Source: Octopus sinensis (Eukaryota). From it: a stretch of DNA of 64,000 bases. Below the pieces are notes generated by a model. That model had not been told where the DNA came from. It saw nothing but the letters and a program-made list of their open reading frames with translations, and did not search any database. This document shows positions 50,331 through 63,227 of the stretch, in pieces (the stretch's first letter is position 1; the number at the start of each line of letters is the position of its first letter). A program made the translations under genes and the position numbers. The stretch is from the NCBI RefSeq assembly GCF_006345805.1, contig NC_043012.1:44392001-44456000 (forward strand), read 5' to 3'.

Positions 50331-51820
50331 AAACTGGTTTTATGCAGTTGAAATACACACATGTATGCACACACATACATACAGAGACACATAGATATGT
50401 GTGTATGTGCATGTGTTTGCATATACACACATGCACATTTATGTTTATATATGTGTTAAGTGAAAGCATGGCTTGTGGGGAAGAAATTCACTACCCAATA
50501 ATGTGATTTGGGGTTCAATCCTACTGCATGGCATCTTAGGCAAGTGTCTTCTAGTATTGCCCTGGGCTGATGAAGGCCATGTAAGTGCCACAAAAACCAC
50601 CTAGTCCACTCTGTAAAGTGGTTGCCATTAGAGAGGGCATGCTGCCATAAAAACTATGCCAAAGCAGACAGTGGAGCTGGGCACAGTCCCCAGGTTTGCC
50701 AGTTCCTGTCAAACCATCCAACCCATGCCAGCACGGAAGACAAATACGAAATGATGATGATGATGGTGATTGTGTGTGTGTGTGTGTGTGTGTGCGTGCG
50801 TGTCTGTTTGTTTCCTTGTCTTGACATCACATGAGTTTTAAAGAAAAATCACTGCTCGACAAGCAGTGTCCTTCATTTCCAATCTACCACAGAAACATGT
50901 CTGGCCATGGGGAAATATTGCCCTCCTTCGAAGCAGGTGAGGGTTGCCAACAAAAATGGGCATTCAGCAGCAAACTCAGTCTAAGCCATGCAAGCATAAA
51001 AAAGTGGATGTTAAAATGATGATGATGATGATGGTGGTGGTGATTATGTATTTGTTCAGTTTCCATTTGATTAATCTTTTTAATCAGTTGTTATCTCATA
51101 ATTTATACAAATATATATATACACACACACACAAATGTATATGTAATTATCTGTTTGCGTTTGCACAGACACATCTTTACATTTTGCTTTTTATTTAATG
51201 TTCTTTAACTCTTTTTTCTACTTTTACACTTGTACACACACATTTTATATACTACGTATTACACATGCATTATACACACATTAACGGGACAGTTTTTTTT
51301 TCCTATTGACTCTAGTAATTAACTAAATATCATTTATTTTCTGTATGGAAATCTGGCCAAACCATAATAAAACATAAAGACTCACATGTATCTACTGAAG
51401 TTGGAGTGTGACTAATGTTTAGCTGTGACAATCATGCCTTTCTGGAATGTATTATTATGATTATAAAGTGGATTTAACAGAAAATTAAACCCAACTGATC
51501 ATCGACTGATCATTTGCCACTGGTAATGGTGGTGGTAATCATTACTTTCTACATTGGTGTAATATTTTAAATTTCTAGGTATAACTTGATTGATCCAAAT
51601 AGCAATGCTCCGTTGGTATTTATTTGGTAAAGGGAAAATTGTTCTCAGTGAGAGTAGAGCTGAATGTAAAGTGAGGAACCTAAACATTGTTAGACGCTTA
51701 CTCTGGGTCTTGCTACTGCTTCTGTCATTTAATTTAACAACAGCTATAATTGTCCAAGCATTTGGTTCTCAGCAACAACAATTCTACTATTATCATCGCA
51801 CAAAACATATTCACACAAAA

Positions 51821-51987
51821 TAGCTGTGTGGTAAGTAGCTTGCTTACCAACCACATGGTTCCGGGTTCAGTCCCACTGCATGGCACTTTGGGCAAGTGTC
51901 TTCTACTATAGCCTCGGGCTGACCAAAATCTTGTGAGTGGATTTGGTAGATGGAAACTGAAAGAAGCCTGTTGTGTATATATATATG

Positions 51988-52018
<31 letters not shown>

Positions 52019-52206
52019 TTGTCCCCCCCAAATCGCTTGACAACCGATGCTGGTGTGTTCATGTCCCCGTAACTTAGTGGTCTGGCAAAAGAGACTGATA
52101 GAATAAGTACTAGGCTTACAAAGAATAAGTCCTGGGGTCGATTTGCTCGACTAAAGGTGGTGCTCCGGCATGGCCGCAGTCAAATGACTGAAACAAGTAA
52201 AAGAGT
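51821..52206 (+). mobile_element. SINE family A, young full-length copy
   Basis: Complete head, CORE, spacer and tail, with the CCTGGGG/TACTAGGC tail variants. Confidence 0.9.
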
Positions 52207-52635
52207 ATTATAAACGGTTTCACTATGTCCAAACTGTGTGCTGAGTTATCCCAGTGTTTTGAAGTTAGTATCATCATCATCATCATTAAATGTCCGTTTT
52301 CCACGCTGGTATGAGTTGAGTAGTTTGACTGAACTAGTAAGGTTGGAGTGTGCACCGGGCTCCATCGTCTGTTCTAGCATGGTTTCTACATATGGATGCC
52401 CTCCAATTGCCAACCACTCTTCAGCGTAGAGGGTACTTTTTATGTGGTACCAGCACAGGTATCAATTCTGCTGTGGGTCTTCTTGAGAATAGCAGTGCAC
52501 CAGATATCCCAGTCCTTAGTCATCTCCTTTGTAAGGCTCAATATTTTGAGGTCAGCCTTCAATACTTCATCCCATGTCTTCCTGGGTCTCCTTCTTCCAC
52601 AAGTTCCAACCACTTTAAGTGATCTGTGTACCAAT

Positions 52636-53066
52636 AACGTGTAGGTTTCTGAGCCATATAGTAGAATTGGTTAACCTGGACGGTATCAAAGAAGCTTGAG
52701 AAGCGGTTGGATGGAACCCACACTTGCCTCCTTATGAGAGCTCAAAATCTCTCGTGGAGGCGTCATCCAACCAAAATGCAAATATATGGGAAACTATCAC
52801 CTGTGTCATCTCTCGTGAAAGGTAGAGAAGTCCAGTTTGCTGGACATTGTTGTAGAGCTAAAAACAAGGCAATTTCTACTCTTCTTCTTTGGAAGCCATC
52901 TACTTGTAATACCAGAGGGCGCACACTCTCCTACCCTGATGTAATCTCCAGGGATACAGGCATCCAGCAACAGCATCTTCGTAATGCTATGATGGACCGT
53001 GAAGTCTGGTGTAGCATGGTAAATTCCATTGTCTCCACCACGGTCGAACAATGATGATGATGATGA
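52636..53066 (+). mobile_element. RTE-clade LINE 3' end (~430 bp) with (TGA)n tail and 11-bp target duplication
   Basis: ORF ...LDGTHTCLLMRAQNLSW...VQFAGHCCR...AMMDREVW...TTVEQ*. TGTGTACCAAT occurs at 52,625-52,635 and 53,067-53,077. Confidence 0.9.
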
Positions 53067-54453
53067 TGTGTACCAATTCTTTGATTAATTTGCATGTCTC
53101 TTTTGCATCTAAAGCAAGGGTTTTGCCTGTATACAAACAAGCTTCAATGCTTTCTACCATTGGTTTCACATTCTAAACCGAGCGGCCAGCATGCTTCCAG
53201 ATCAAACTGGAACATAGCATATCTGGAATGTTGCTGCTCTAATTCTAGTCATCCATACTATCCATGGATTCAAGTTAGTGCTGATCACAACTACAACAAT
53301 CATGTATTAGTCTCTCAAATGTCTACTGATCAACTCCTGCTCAACTGAACCCTTGAGTTTGATCACACACACACACACAGTCAATATATCAGATATCTTT
53401 TATTTTATACTTGTTTCGGTTATTAGATTGTGGCCCATGCTGGGGCAGCGGCTTGAAGAATTTTTAGTTAAATGGATCATACATATTCTTTAAGCCTGGT
53501 ATTTATTCTGTTGGTCTCTTTTGCTGATTTGCTAAGTTATAGGGATGTAAACACCAGTTGTTAAGTGGTGTAGTGGGGGGACAAACACAGACACAAAGAC
53601 ATGCACACACACACACACATGCATACACACACACACACACATACAATGGGCTTCTTTCAGTTTCTGTCTACCAAATCCACTCACAAGGCTCAGGTCGGCT
53701 TGTGGATATAGTATAAGACCAAGGTGCCTTGCAGTGGGACTGAACCCAGAACTGTGGGGTTAGGAAACAAGCTTCTTACCACACAGCCACACCTGTGCCT
53801 ATATGTTGCGTTTTTGACTACCATATACCGCTATCATGGCACTCATTTTATTGATCTTTCATTCATAATGAATGATTATTGGTTTGGGCAGGTCCCAAGA
53901 TGATAAAAATAATCAGCTGAACAATTAGCTGTTTATACAATCATGAATATTGTTTTTTTTTTCATAAGTTACTCCATCTTCTTTTAAATTTGTTGTTTTG
54001 AAATCTTAGTTGAACCTTATCGCTTAGTTGTTTCCAACTACACATATTTAGGAAACCAAAACACAGTTAGTTAGCTTAGGGGGGGGGGGGGGCAGTGTTC
54101 ACTGTATTAGCTGTAGAAGAAACAGAAAGAGAGAACAATGTGCCTGAACTGGAAAGTTATCTAGCTTAATTGGTGATTGGATTTAATTTCAGAAAGATCT
54201 TTCATCATTTATTTGTATCTGCTGCCAATATTTGCAAATAGCTTCTGTAAAATGTAACTTGTACTTCAGACAGACTGAATTGCATATTATAACATAATTT
54301 ATTAATCGAATAAGTATGCATTACAGTATGTAACTCAGTTTATCTGATTTACTTAAGCCCTTGGTAGGTTTATAAGCAACTTCTCTTGGGAGATTTAAAA
54401 AGGATATTCAGTTATGAAATTATAACACAGGGTTGAAACTAGTCCAGCTGATC

Positions 54454-54501
<48 letters not shown>

Positions 54502-54679
54502 TAGGGAACGCCAGTTTATGGGATTACTTTTGGTTTCCCGTCCATAAAGGATTTAGTTTTATGGCATATCATCAGATCCCAAAAACCTGTTGGCTCCAGG
54601 ACCTCTTAAAAATATGAATGGGAAACCTGAGGTAGTCCGCTAAACCAACTTGCCCCATTTTTAATATAGACTGCTCTAC

Positions 54680-54840
54680 ATCTTAGAGTGTTCTTCTTCT
54701 TTTGGATCTATGTTTTCTATTAACAATATCATCATCATCATCATCATCATCGTTTAGCGTCCGTTAAACGATGATGATGATGATGATGATGATGATATTG
54801 TTAATAGAAAACATAGATCCAAAAGAAGAAGAACACTCTA

Positions 54841-54844
<4 letters not shown>
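54680..54844. repeat. Perfect fold-back palindrome (~77-80-bp arms, 8-nt loop)
   Basis: ATCTTAGAGTG...(ATC)8GTTTA-GCGTCCGT-TAAAC(GAT)9...CACTCTAAGAT, followed by (TA)n. Confidence 0.95.
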
Positions 54845-54906
<62 letters not shown>

Positions 54907-56479
54907 TGTAGCCACTTTAACATGGCTGTCCATTCAAGCAGACTCTACTGCAATTTTTTAACCCCAAGAGGACATCTCCTCTAGCTGGTTAACAATGCAC
55001 AGCTGAATCCGATAAAATTGCGAGCAGGGGAGCGAACCCTTACCCCTACCATCTCCTAGCAATTTGGTAGGGGTGGGGATTCATTCCCCTGCTTGCAATT
55101 TTGCCCAGTTATGCCCATAGTAATAGTGGGCTTGTAGGGAGAGTTAAAGATGATACTCAGTCAGTGGAGAGTATTCAGAGTATATAGATATGCTCTAGTA
55201 CATATTAACATTGATTGTCAAACATTGACAGCACACCAGTAAGTAATTTATAGAGATTTTTTACTCTGTGCTTTTTTAAGTTTTATTATTTTATTGACAC
55301 AAGATGCTGTGGCTGTGGTTTTTGTAGGTCTTCCAAAATCAGTGAGATTGACATGGTTAGCATTTCTCTTGAGCAGTTTCAAGTTGTTAGCTTCAAAAAA
55401 ATCGTGTAGAAGGAATAAATTCCAAGAGACTGGGCAGGTGACGAGAGAAGAAAGGATGAACAAGTTGAGAATGTCTAAGTGAGTGTGGTTTGAGCCTAGC
55501 TAGTTCCAAAGAAGGAGTAGCAGTTGTAAAAAAATTCAGAAAAAAAAGAGAGAGATTTACGGCAGGTCTATGAACGTGTCTAGTTATATCTTTTACTGTG
55601 ACAAATACTTTGAAGCTATAGTTAGTTGGTTTGTGTCTGGTGTTCTGGATCTGCCATCCAGTATTCACATTCAGTTATAGTCATTTCACTAACACAACAC
55701 TTATTAAGAAATGCATGAATGTCACAAAATCTCTTTCCCCTTAGACCTCAGATCAACATTAGAAATCACTAGTTATTTTAACATTTGTAAAATGAAAACC
55801 TAAGATTATTTTGCAGCTATTTTGTCATTCCACGCCACCAACATGTAGAATTAACATTGACATTAGCTTGGTCATATTTGACGTAGTCTAGCATTTGGTA
55901 ACTTGTTCAACTACTCAAATGTCTTCACTTTACTTTTCTTCTTCTTCTTTTTTTTTTTTACTCTCCCCTCAGTCTGCATTAAGACATTCTTTACTGCTTT
56001 AAATGTTTGTAGGTTATTCACGCATACTTAATCGTTTGCTTCTTCTGGTTTTTGAAGGTAGAGTGGTATTCATATTTTCTATGTAAAACATGTATACACA
56101 CACATTTGTTCACACATATATGTTAGAATATATACCATCATCATCATCATCATCCTTTAACATCTGTTTTCCACGCTGGCATGGGTTGGATGGTTTGACC
56201 AAAGCTGGCAAGCTAGACAGCAGCACCAGGTTCCAATCTGATTTGGCTTGATTTCTGTGTCTGGATGCTCTTCCTAATGCCAACCACTTTACAGGGTGTG
56301 CTGGCTGCTTTTAATGTAGCACTGGCACAAGTATTTTTATGCTGTGCTGGCGTGAGTGCCTCTTACATGGCTCCAACACTAGAGCTTTTTACATGGCACC
56401 AGCACAGAACATATATTTTGTACATATGGGTATGAAATATATCTGCGTATTTTCTATGTCACTGTATCACTGTATTGAC

Positions 56480-56760
56480 CAGCTGGTCACCAAATACTTC
56501 CAACTCTTTCTTGATTTCCATCTTGGCCCAAATTGTTTCACTAAATTGTCTTCCCATTGTTGTGGAGGCTGAGTTGGTCTCCATGTTATCTGTGAATCTT
56601 GCAACATGATCAGCCCAGTGGAACTTGTAATTTCAATATTCTGTGATCACTTCATTCACTCTGCTCTATTCCTGAATTACCTCATTTTAGATAAACCCCC
56701 AAAATGCTATTCCTAGGTGGAAAACAATGAAATCAAAGAGGTAATGGGTACATTTACTTG
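56480..56760 (-). mobile_element. Decayed RTE-clade 3' fragment, different subfamily
   Basis: Translation gives ...EQSRVNEVITEY..KFHWADHVARFTDN...WEDNLVKQFGPRW. Confidence 0.55.
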
Positions 56761-57914
56761 GGGCACACAGTGAATATAAGCTGCGACACGGATGCTGAAA
56801 TCTAGGCAGGATGGAAGGCATTTAGCTCAGTAATTGATGTACTCAAGGCAAAGCTGGACAAGAGCTTATGTGCCAGTCTCATTGGTAGCACTGTCCTATT
56901 TAAGTATTTTCTATATAAATACATGTAAATGTGCTCCTTTGAACATAGGTATACATACAGATGTGGCTGTGTGGTAAGGAGTTTGCTTCCCAGCCACGTG
57001 GTTCCAGGTTCACTCCCACTGCATGGCACCTTGGGCAAGTGTCTTCTACTTTAGCCTCATATTGATCAAAGCATTGTGAGTTGATTTGGTAGATGGAAAC
57101 TGAAAGAAGCCTGTCATATATATATATACATATATATATTCTTTTACTCTTGTTTTAGTCATTTGACTGTGGCCATGCTGGAGCACTGCCTTAAAGAAGT
57201 ATTTAGTTGAAGAAATTGAGCCAAGGACTTATTCTATCGGTGTCTTTTGCTGAACCACTAAGTTATGGGGACATAAACACACCAACATCAGTTGTCAAGC
57301 AATGGTGGGTGGGACAAACATAGACACACGTGTGTGTGTATGACAAGCTTGTTTCAGTTTCCATCTGCTAAGGCTTTGGTTGGCCTGAGGCTATAGTAGA
57401 AGACACTTGCCCAAGGTGCACATAGTGGGGCTGAACCTGGAACCATGTGATTGGAAAGTAAGCTTCTTACCACATAGCCATGCCTATATATATAGAACAA
57501 ATAGTAAGGGATTATCAACCTGGCCAAAATACCTCATAAGCTCTCTGTTGGCACACCAGGCTAACAATATTACTTAGATTAGTGAAGAACTTCAGGGTCC
57601 AAGGTTATGGTTCATTGCAGTTTTATATTCTATATCCATGGATGGGCTCCAGACAAACTGATTTTTACACAAAATGATATCTAAGAAACAAGTTAAAAAT
57701 AATGGTCATTACATATTTTTCCTTTACTGGAGCAAATTTAGCTTACAACTGTTTCCTGTAGTTATTATAGGTACATTACTGATAAGTTTATGACCTAAGA
57801 AAATTAATGCTACTTTCATGAGTGCAATTTCTGGTTATAACAAGCAGAACACTGTAGGAATGGCTCTTATAGGGAAAAGAGGAAGAAGAAGATAGAAAGA
57901 TGCAAGTAGAAGAA

Positions 57915-58146
57915 AGGCAGTGAGCTGGCAGAAACGTTAGCATGCCGGGCAAAATACTTAGCGGTATTTTGTCTGCTGCTACGTTCTGAGTTTAAATTCT
58001 GCTGAGGTCGACTTTGCCTTTTATCCTTTCAGGGTCGATAAATTAAGTATCAGTTATGCACTGGGGTCAATATAATCGACTTAATCCGTTTGTCTGTCCT
58101 TGTTTGTCCCCTCTATGTTTAGCTCCTTGTGGGCAATAAAGAAATA
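57915..58146 (+). mobile_element. SINE family B, full-length copy with tail type i
   Basis: Colinear with 16,334-16,561. Confidence 0.85.
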
Positions 58147-59261
58147 TGTATTGCCAAAACTTGGAAGAGGGGACAGTCATAAAACATTAGTGTCTGTAGT
58201 CAGGTCAACACACATGACCAGTGTATATAGGTTAGATATTCTTCAAGTATTGTGTTGAAATTTGATATGGGCTTTTCATGGACATGGTCAGTTTTTTTAA
58301 GACTGTAAGGCTCAGTTGTCACTATCTAGCATAGTAGGGGAAGATCTGTGTCTGTATTTGCCCCACCCCCCTGCTACTGCTTGACAACTGGTGTATAAGA
58401 CTGAAGACTAAGAAATTGCCTGAGCAAATAATTTTTCAATTTTTTGAGGTCTTATCAGACATACACAATCTTAACATGAAATTTAACATTATCTGAACTT
58501 TGTTAATTGTTATTTTCTTTGCATCTTAATGCCAAACCAATAGAAACATGGTTATTGTTATTATTATTATTATTATTATTAGGACAACTTCTTTTGCCTT
58601 TCATCCTTTCGGGGTTGATAAAATAGGTACCAGTAAGTATTGGGATCAATGTAATCATCTTACCTCCACCTCTGAAATTGCTGACCTTGTGCCATAATTT
58701 TAGCCCATTATTAGAACAATTTCTTGCTGTAAAATGTCCTTTTGATTTTCTTGTACTATATTCCTACAATAACATTTGTTAAATTCATTGAGGCATTTAA
58801 TGCACTTAAGCTTCAAATTATGGTTTCACTGACAGAATATTTTTAAAAAATCATTACAATTGACCCCACCAAACTGAATAACTGTCAAAATCCTGAATAA
58901 TATTTCAAAAACAAATGATTTTTTAACCTTTTGTCATTTATTCTTATTTTAATGATAATATTAAAGAACTTTCACATCCTTAAATATCTTCAGATCTATA
59001 GGGAGAAAGAAAAAGTGAGTTATGATATTGATGCCTTTCTTCAAAGTGAGAACTTCTATGTGGTCACATGACTACTAGAAATAACAGCCAAATTTCCATG
59101 AAGCCATTACTCTATTGTCTAAAAATCATACCATACTGGATGATGTTATGAGATGGTATCAAAAATTTCCCAGATTATTTCTGTAACATGCCAACAGATG
59201 GCAGCACAAGATTGCATACACAGTGAGAGCTAACAGTTGTGAAATTTGTGTTTTTGTGATC

Positions 59262-59673
59262 ACGTGTATTCTACGATATGGCTCAGAAACCTGGACATTA
59301 TCAAAGAAGCTTGAGAGGCGGTTGGATGGAACCTACACTCGCCTCCTTATGAGAGCTCAAAATCTCTCGTGGAAGCGTCATCCAACCAAAATGCAAATAT
59401 ATGGGAAACTACCACCTGTGTCATCTCTTGTGAAAGGTAGGAGAGTCCAGTTTGCTGGACATTGTTGTAGAGCTAAAAACGAGGCAATTTCTACTCTTCT
59501 TCTTTGGAAGCCATCTACTTGCAATACCAGAGGGCGCACACTCTCCTGCCCTGATGTAATCTCCAGGGATACAGGCATCCAGCAACAGGACCTCCGTAAT
59601 GCCATGATGGACTGTGAAGTCTGGCATAGCATGGTAAATTCCATTGTCTCGACCACGGTCGAACAATGATGAT
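59262..59673 (+). mobile_element. RTE-clade LINE 3' end, second copy
   Basis: ILRYGSETWTLSKKLERRLDGTYTRLLMRAQNLSW...TTVEQ* followed by TGATGATG. Highly similar to 52,668-53,066. Confidence 0.9.
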
Positions 59674-59979
59674 GTATGCTGTACTCTGTAATTTTGTCAT
59701 GAGAGACATTGAGCTAGATTCCAAAAGTGGCAGGACTGGTGTATTGCTGCACTTCGAAGGAGATGATGTTAAAACTTTGGTAAAGAAGTTATTTTTCATT
59801 AAATACAAGCAGAAGGACATGGTTCCACTCAGGTTATAAACTCATAACCTTAACACAGTACTCTTTGCTTGTAGTGTAAGATTAGCATATTTCTCAGAAA
59901 TTAATACTTTTAACACTCAATGGTTTTACACTTTTGTACATTACACGCACATATTATTCATGTAAGTGCTTCTTCATAT

Positions 59980-60747
59980 GCTGTTTTCTGTCTTGCCATG
60001 TTTATCACTGACAATGTAGAAGTTTCTCACCCATAAAGTACGTTTGTAGGAATTTGGCAACTCATTTGACAGAGGTAGTAGAGAACCAATACAATGATAT
60101 ATCTGGCCTTGAATCTTGAAAGTTTGCATGAATCCTAGTTCAGTTATTTCTCTTGTGGTTCCAAATGATGTCATCTGTAGTGCAGCGTTGTATTGTCTAA
60201 TTTTGTTTTGGAAGTGCTTAGAATGTTGGTCAGTTGATGACAACAGCTTCTTCAATGGCTCTGGAGGTTGTGGCATTGCAGGGAGTTTAACCTTTCCACC
60301 ACAGCAGCACAATCCAGGTGTCTCTCCAGGCCACTTCCTTGCTTTACAATGTATGCACTCAGTTGTCATTGCACCAATGGAAACTCCATAATTAACTGCT
60401 GGATCATAGTTGAAAGCTGCTTCATAGAAGTTGCTTCTCTGAGCTGTTGTAACTGCTCTTCCTTCTGCAGTGGAGATCTTATTTCCTTGTCAGGCGTGCA
60501 TACCTCTGTTCAGCACTTTGAGATGCTTGACCAGCACCAGTATGCAACTGGGTTTTTGTTTTTGGTTTTTTTGTTTTGACACACAGCTCTTGTCTCATCA
60601 TTCTCAGATGCTCTGGCTGCTGTAGTGCACAGTCTGTTCCTTTCTTGGCATGCTCCCCTTTCTTCAGGTGTCTCTCTTTCCGTTGACAGACATTCTTTTG
60701 GCTGACCTTGACATTGGAGACAAATCTGACACCTTTCTTCTAGGCAT
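59980..60747 (-). mobile_element. Helitron RepHel N-terminal coding relic
   Basis: AAFNYDPAVNYGVSIGAMTTECIHCKARKWPGETPGLCCCGGKVKLP...PPEPL...IRQYNAALQMTSFG...FKIQGQIYHCIGSLLP is the characteristic Zn-binding N-terminus upstream of the Rep domain. Frameshifts occur upstream. The HUH and helicase domains are absent. Confidence 0.85.
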
Positions 60748-62754
60748 GGTTATTTACTTATTTCTTTACTACCCACAAGGGGCTAAACACAGAGAGGACA
60801 AACAAGGACACACATAAACATGGGTACTGAAGAGTGTAAACAATTAAAGTAGCTGTAATAGTTTTTTTTGGTGCCAGAAATTGTTACAACAGTAAATGCT
60901 AGACAGAATGGTTGACAGAATGAAGCAAGAATGAGAGAATAAGAGATAGAAAGAAAGGAAGTACGGTGAGAAGTGAGATAGGGAACGAGCCTCCCAAATA
61001 TTAAAAGATAGATATTTGTAACATCGAAAGAAGTTCAGTTATTGATAGTGTGAGGAAGGAAGAGACAGGAGTGAGAGAGAGATTAAGATAGATAGATAGA
61101 TAGACAGATAGACCGACAGACAGATAGAGAGATGGAGAGATAGTAACAGAAATCCCTAGAAGAAAGACAAAAAACTGTAGTTCCAACATGCACGAAATGT
61201 TTCTATGAGGAACGTGAAGAGTAAGATTTTCAAGCTAAAAAATATATAGGAAGCTGTGATGTTCATGTATTTTCCCCAGGAACCAAAAGAACAATGCAAC
61301 TGAAATGAGATAGAAGCGGTTAAAATGTAAATATTCATCAATGGCATATTGTATACATATATGGGAGTGTGTAGCTAGCCCCAGTTGCTATATCAGACAT
61401 ACATGTGTGTGTCTAGCTAGCTACAGTTGCTGCCTCAGTACCAGAAGTTGACAATGAAAAACCTTTTGAAAGAAGTTAATCTTATATAAAGCAATATTGT
61501 TTATATTTAATAAAAAAAATAAATCAAGACCATATTATTGTATCCAGGGTCAAATTATTCATGCACCCCAAGTATGGAACCAATTCATGCAGTCATTTAC
61601 ACATGAAAAGTGAACACACACACACACATTTTTATATATAAGGTAATTAATCCGGGAACTTTTAGATACCACCTCGTATGTATTGCTTAGATACAGAAAT
61701 ATGAACTCATAATCTAAGATTGGCGGATCATTTTATCTATAGGGACAATTTGGTTGTACAAAATAAAATTAATTAAAATGCTAACTTGTGATGTTTTGAG
61801 AAGATGTGTTTAGAAAGTTGTGGTCAGTGTTTCCATTGTACATACAGTCTGTTGCTTGAAATCATTACAATGCAACACTATTGTGAAAATTCTTCATCAA
61901 CTGATAGCAGAAAGGGAGAGATACCTGACATATTTATAATAGATTAGTGTAACAAGTCAAAATATTGACCTGTTCTTATCTGTCTAAATATATATTGGCT
62001 ACTCTGAGGTTGTTGCCATGGTAGGAAAGTTAAATATGTTCATATAGCTAGTAGTAACATTGAGTCCTGTTCTGAACAGAACACTCAACATTAACTTGTT
62101 TAAAGCTTTCTACCCTGGTTGAGAAATCAATGTCATATAAAATGAATGACTGAAGAAGTGAACAAAACCCTTGTTTTATCACCACCACCACCACCACCAA
62201 TAATAATAATAATAATAATCCTTTCTACTATAGGCACAAGGCCTGAAATTTGGTGGGTTGGGGATAGTTGATTACATCAACCCTAGTAATTGACTGGTAC
62301 TTAATTTATTGACCCCAAAAGGATGAAAGGCAAAGTCAACCTTGACAGAATTTGAACTTAGAACATAGCAACGGGTGATATACCACTAAGCATTTCACCC
62401 AGCATGCTATCGATTCTGCCAGCTCGCCACCTTAACATAATAACATAATAATGATAATAATAATAACAATTGTTTCTAATTTTGTCACAAGGCCAACAAC
62501 AGCAATTTTGATTCTGAGTGGGGTGGAGTAAAGTCAATTACATCAACCCCAGTACTTGACTGGTACTGAATTTATCAACCTTGATCAGATGAAAAGCAAA
62601 GTTGACAAACTCAGAATGTAAAGAGCCAAAATAAATATCACTAAGCATTATTTGCTAATGATTCTACAGCTCACCACCTTACTACTACTACTACTACTAC
62701 TACTAATAATAATAATAATAATAATAATAGTTATAATAATAATAATAGAAATGG

Positions 62755-63227
62755 AGTTCTATATTTAAGAGATGAGGAATTATGTACATTATTTACATTT
62801 GACGGATATTTGTCCTCACCTTGTTTGTTGTTAACACAATGTTTCAGCTGATATACCCTCCAGCCTTCTTCAGGTGTCTTGGGGAAATTTGAACCTGGGT
62901 TCTCATTCCTAAGGTAGTTTTCAATGTTGTTATTATTATTCAGGTCACTGCCTGGATTCGAACTCAGAATCTTAGGGTTAGTATCCCATGCTCTTAACAA
63001 CTACACCTTATGTCCACGGGCTACTAAGCCCAAGATTCCGAGTTCAAATCCAGGCAGTGACCTGAATAATAATGATAATAATAACAACATCAAAAAATAT
63101 CTTAGGAATGAGAACCCAGGTTCGAAATTTCCCCAAGACACCTGAAGAAGGCTGGAGGGTATATCAGCCGAAACTTTGTGTTAACAACAAACAAGATGAG
63201 GACAAATATCTGTCAATTGTAAATAAT
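62755..63227. mobile_element. Second head-to-head pair of family E SINEs
   Basis: The left copy (-, 62,755-63,015) has the tRNA head. The right copy (+, 63,017-63,227) starts inside the head. The HHR-like motif is at 63,137-63,182. Confidence 0.85.
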
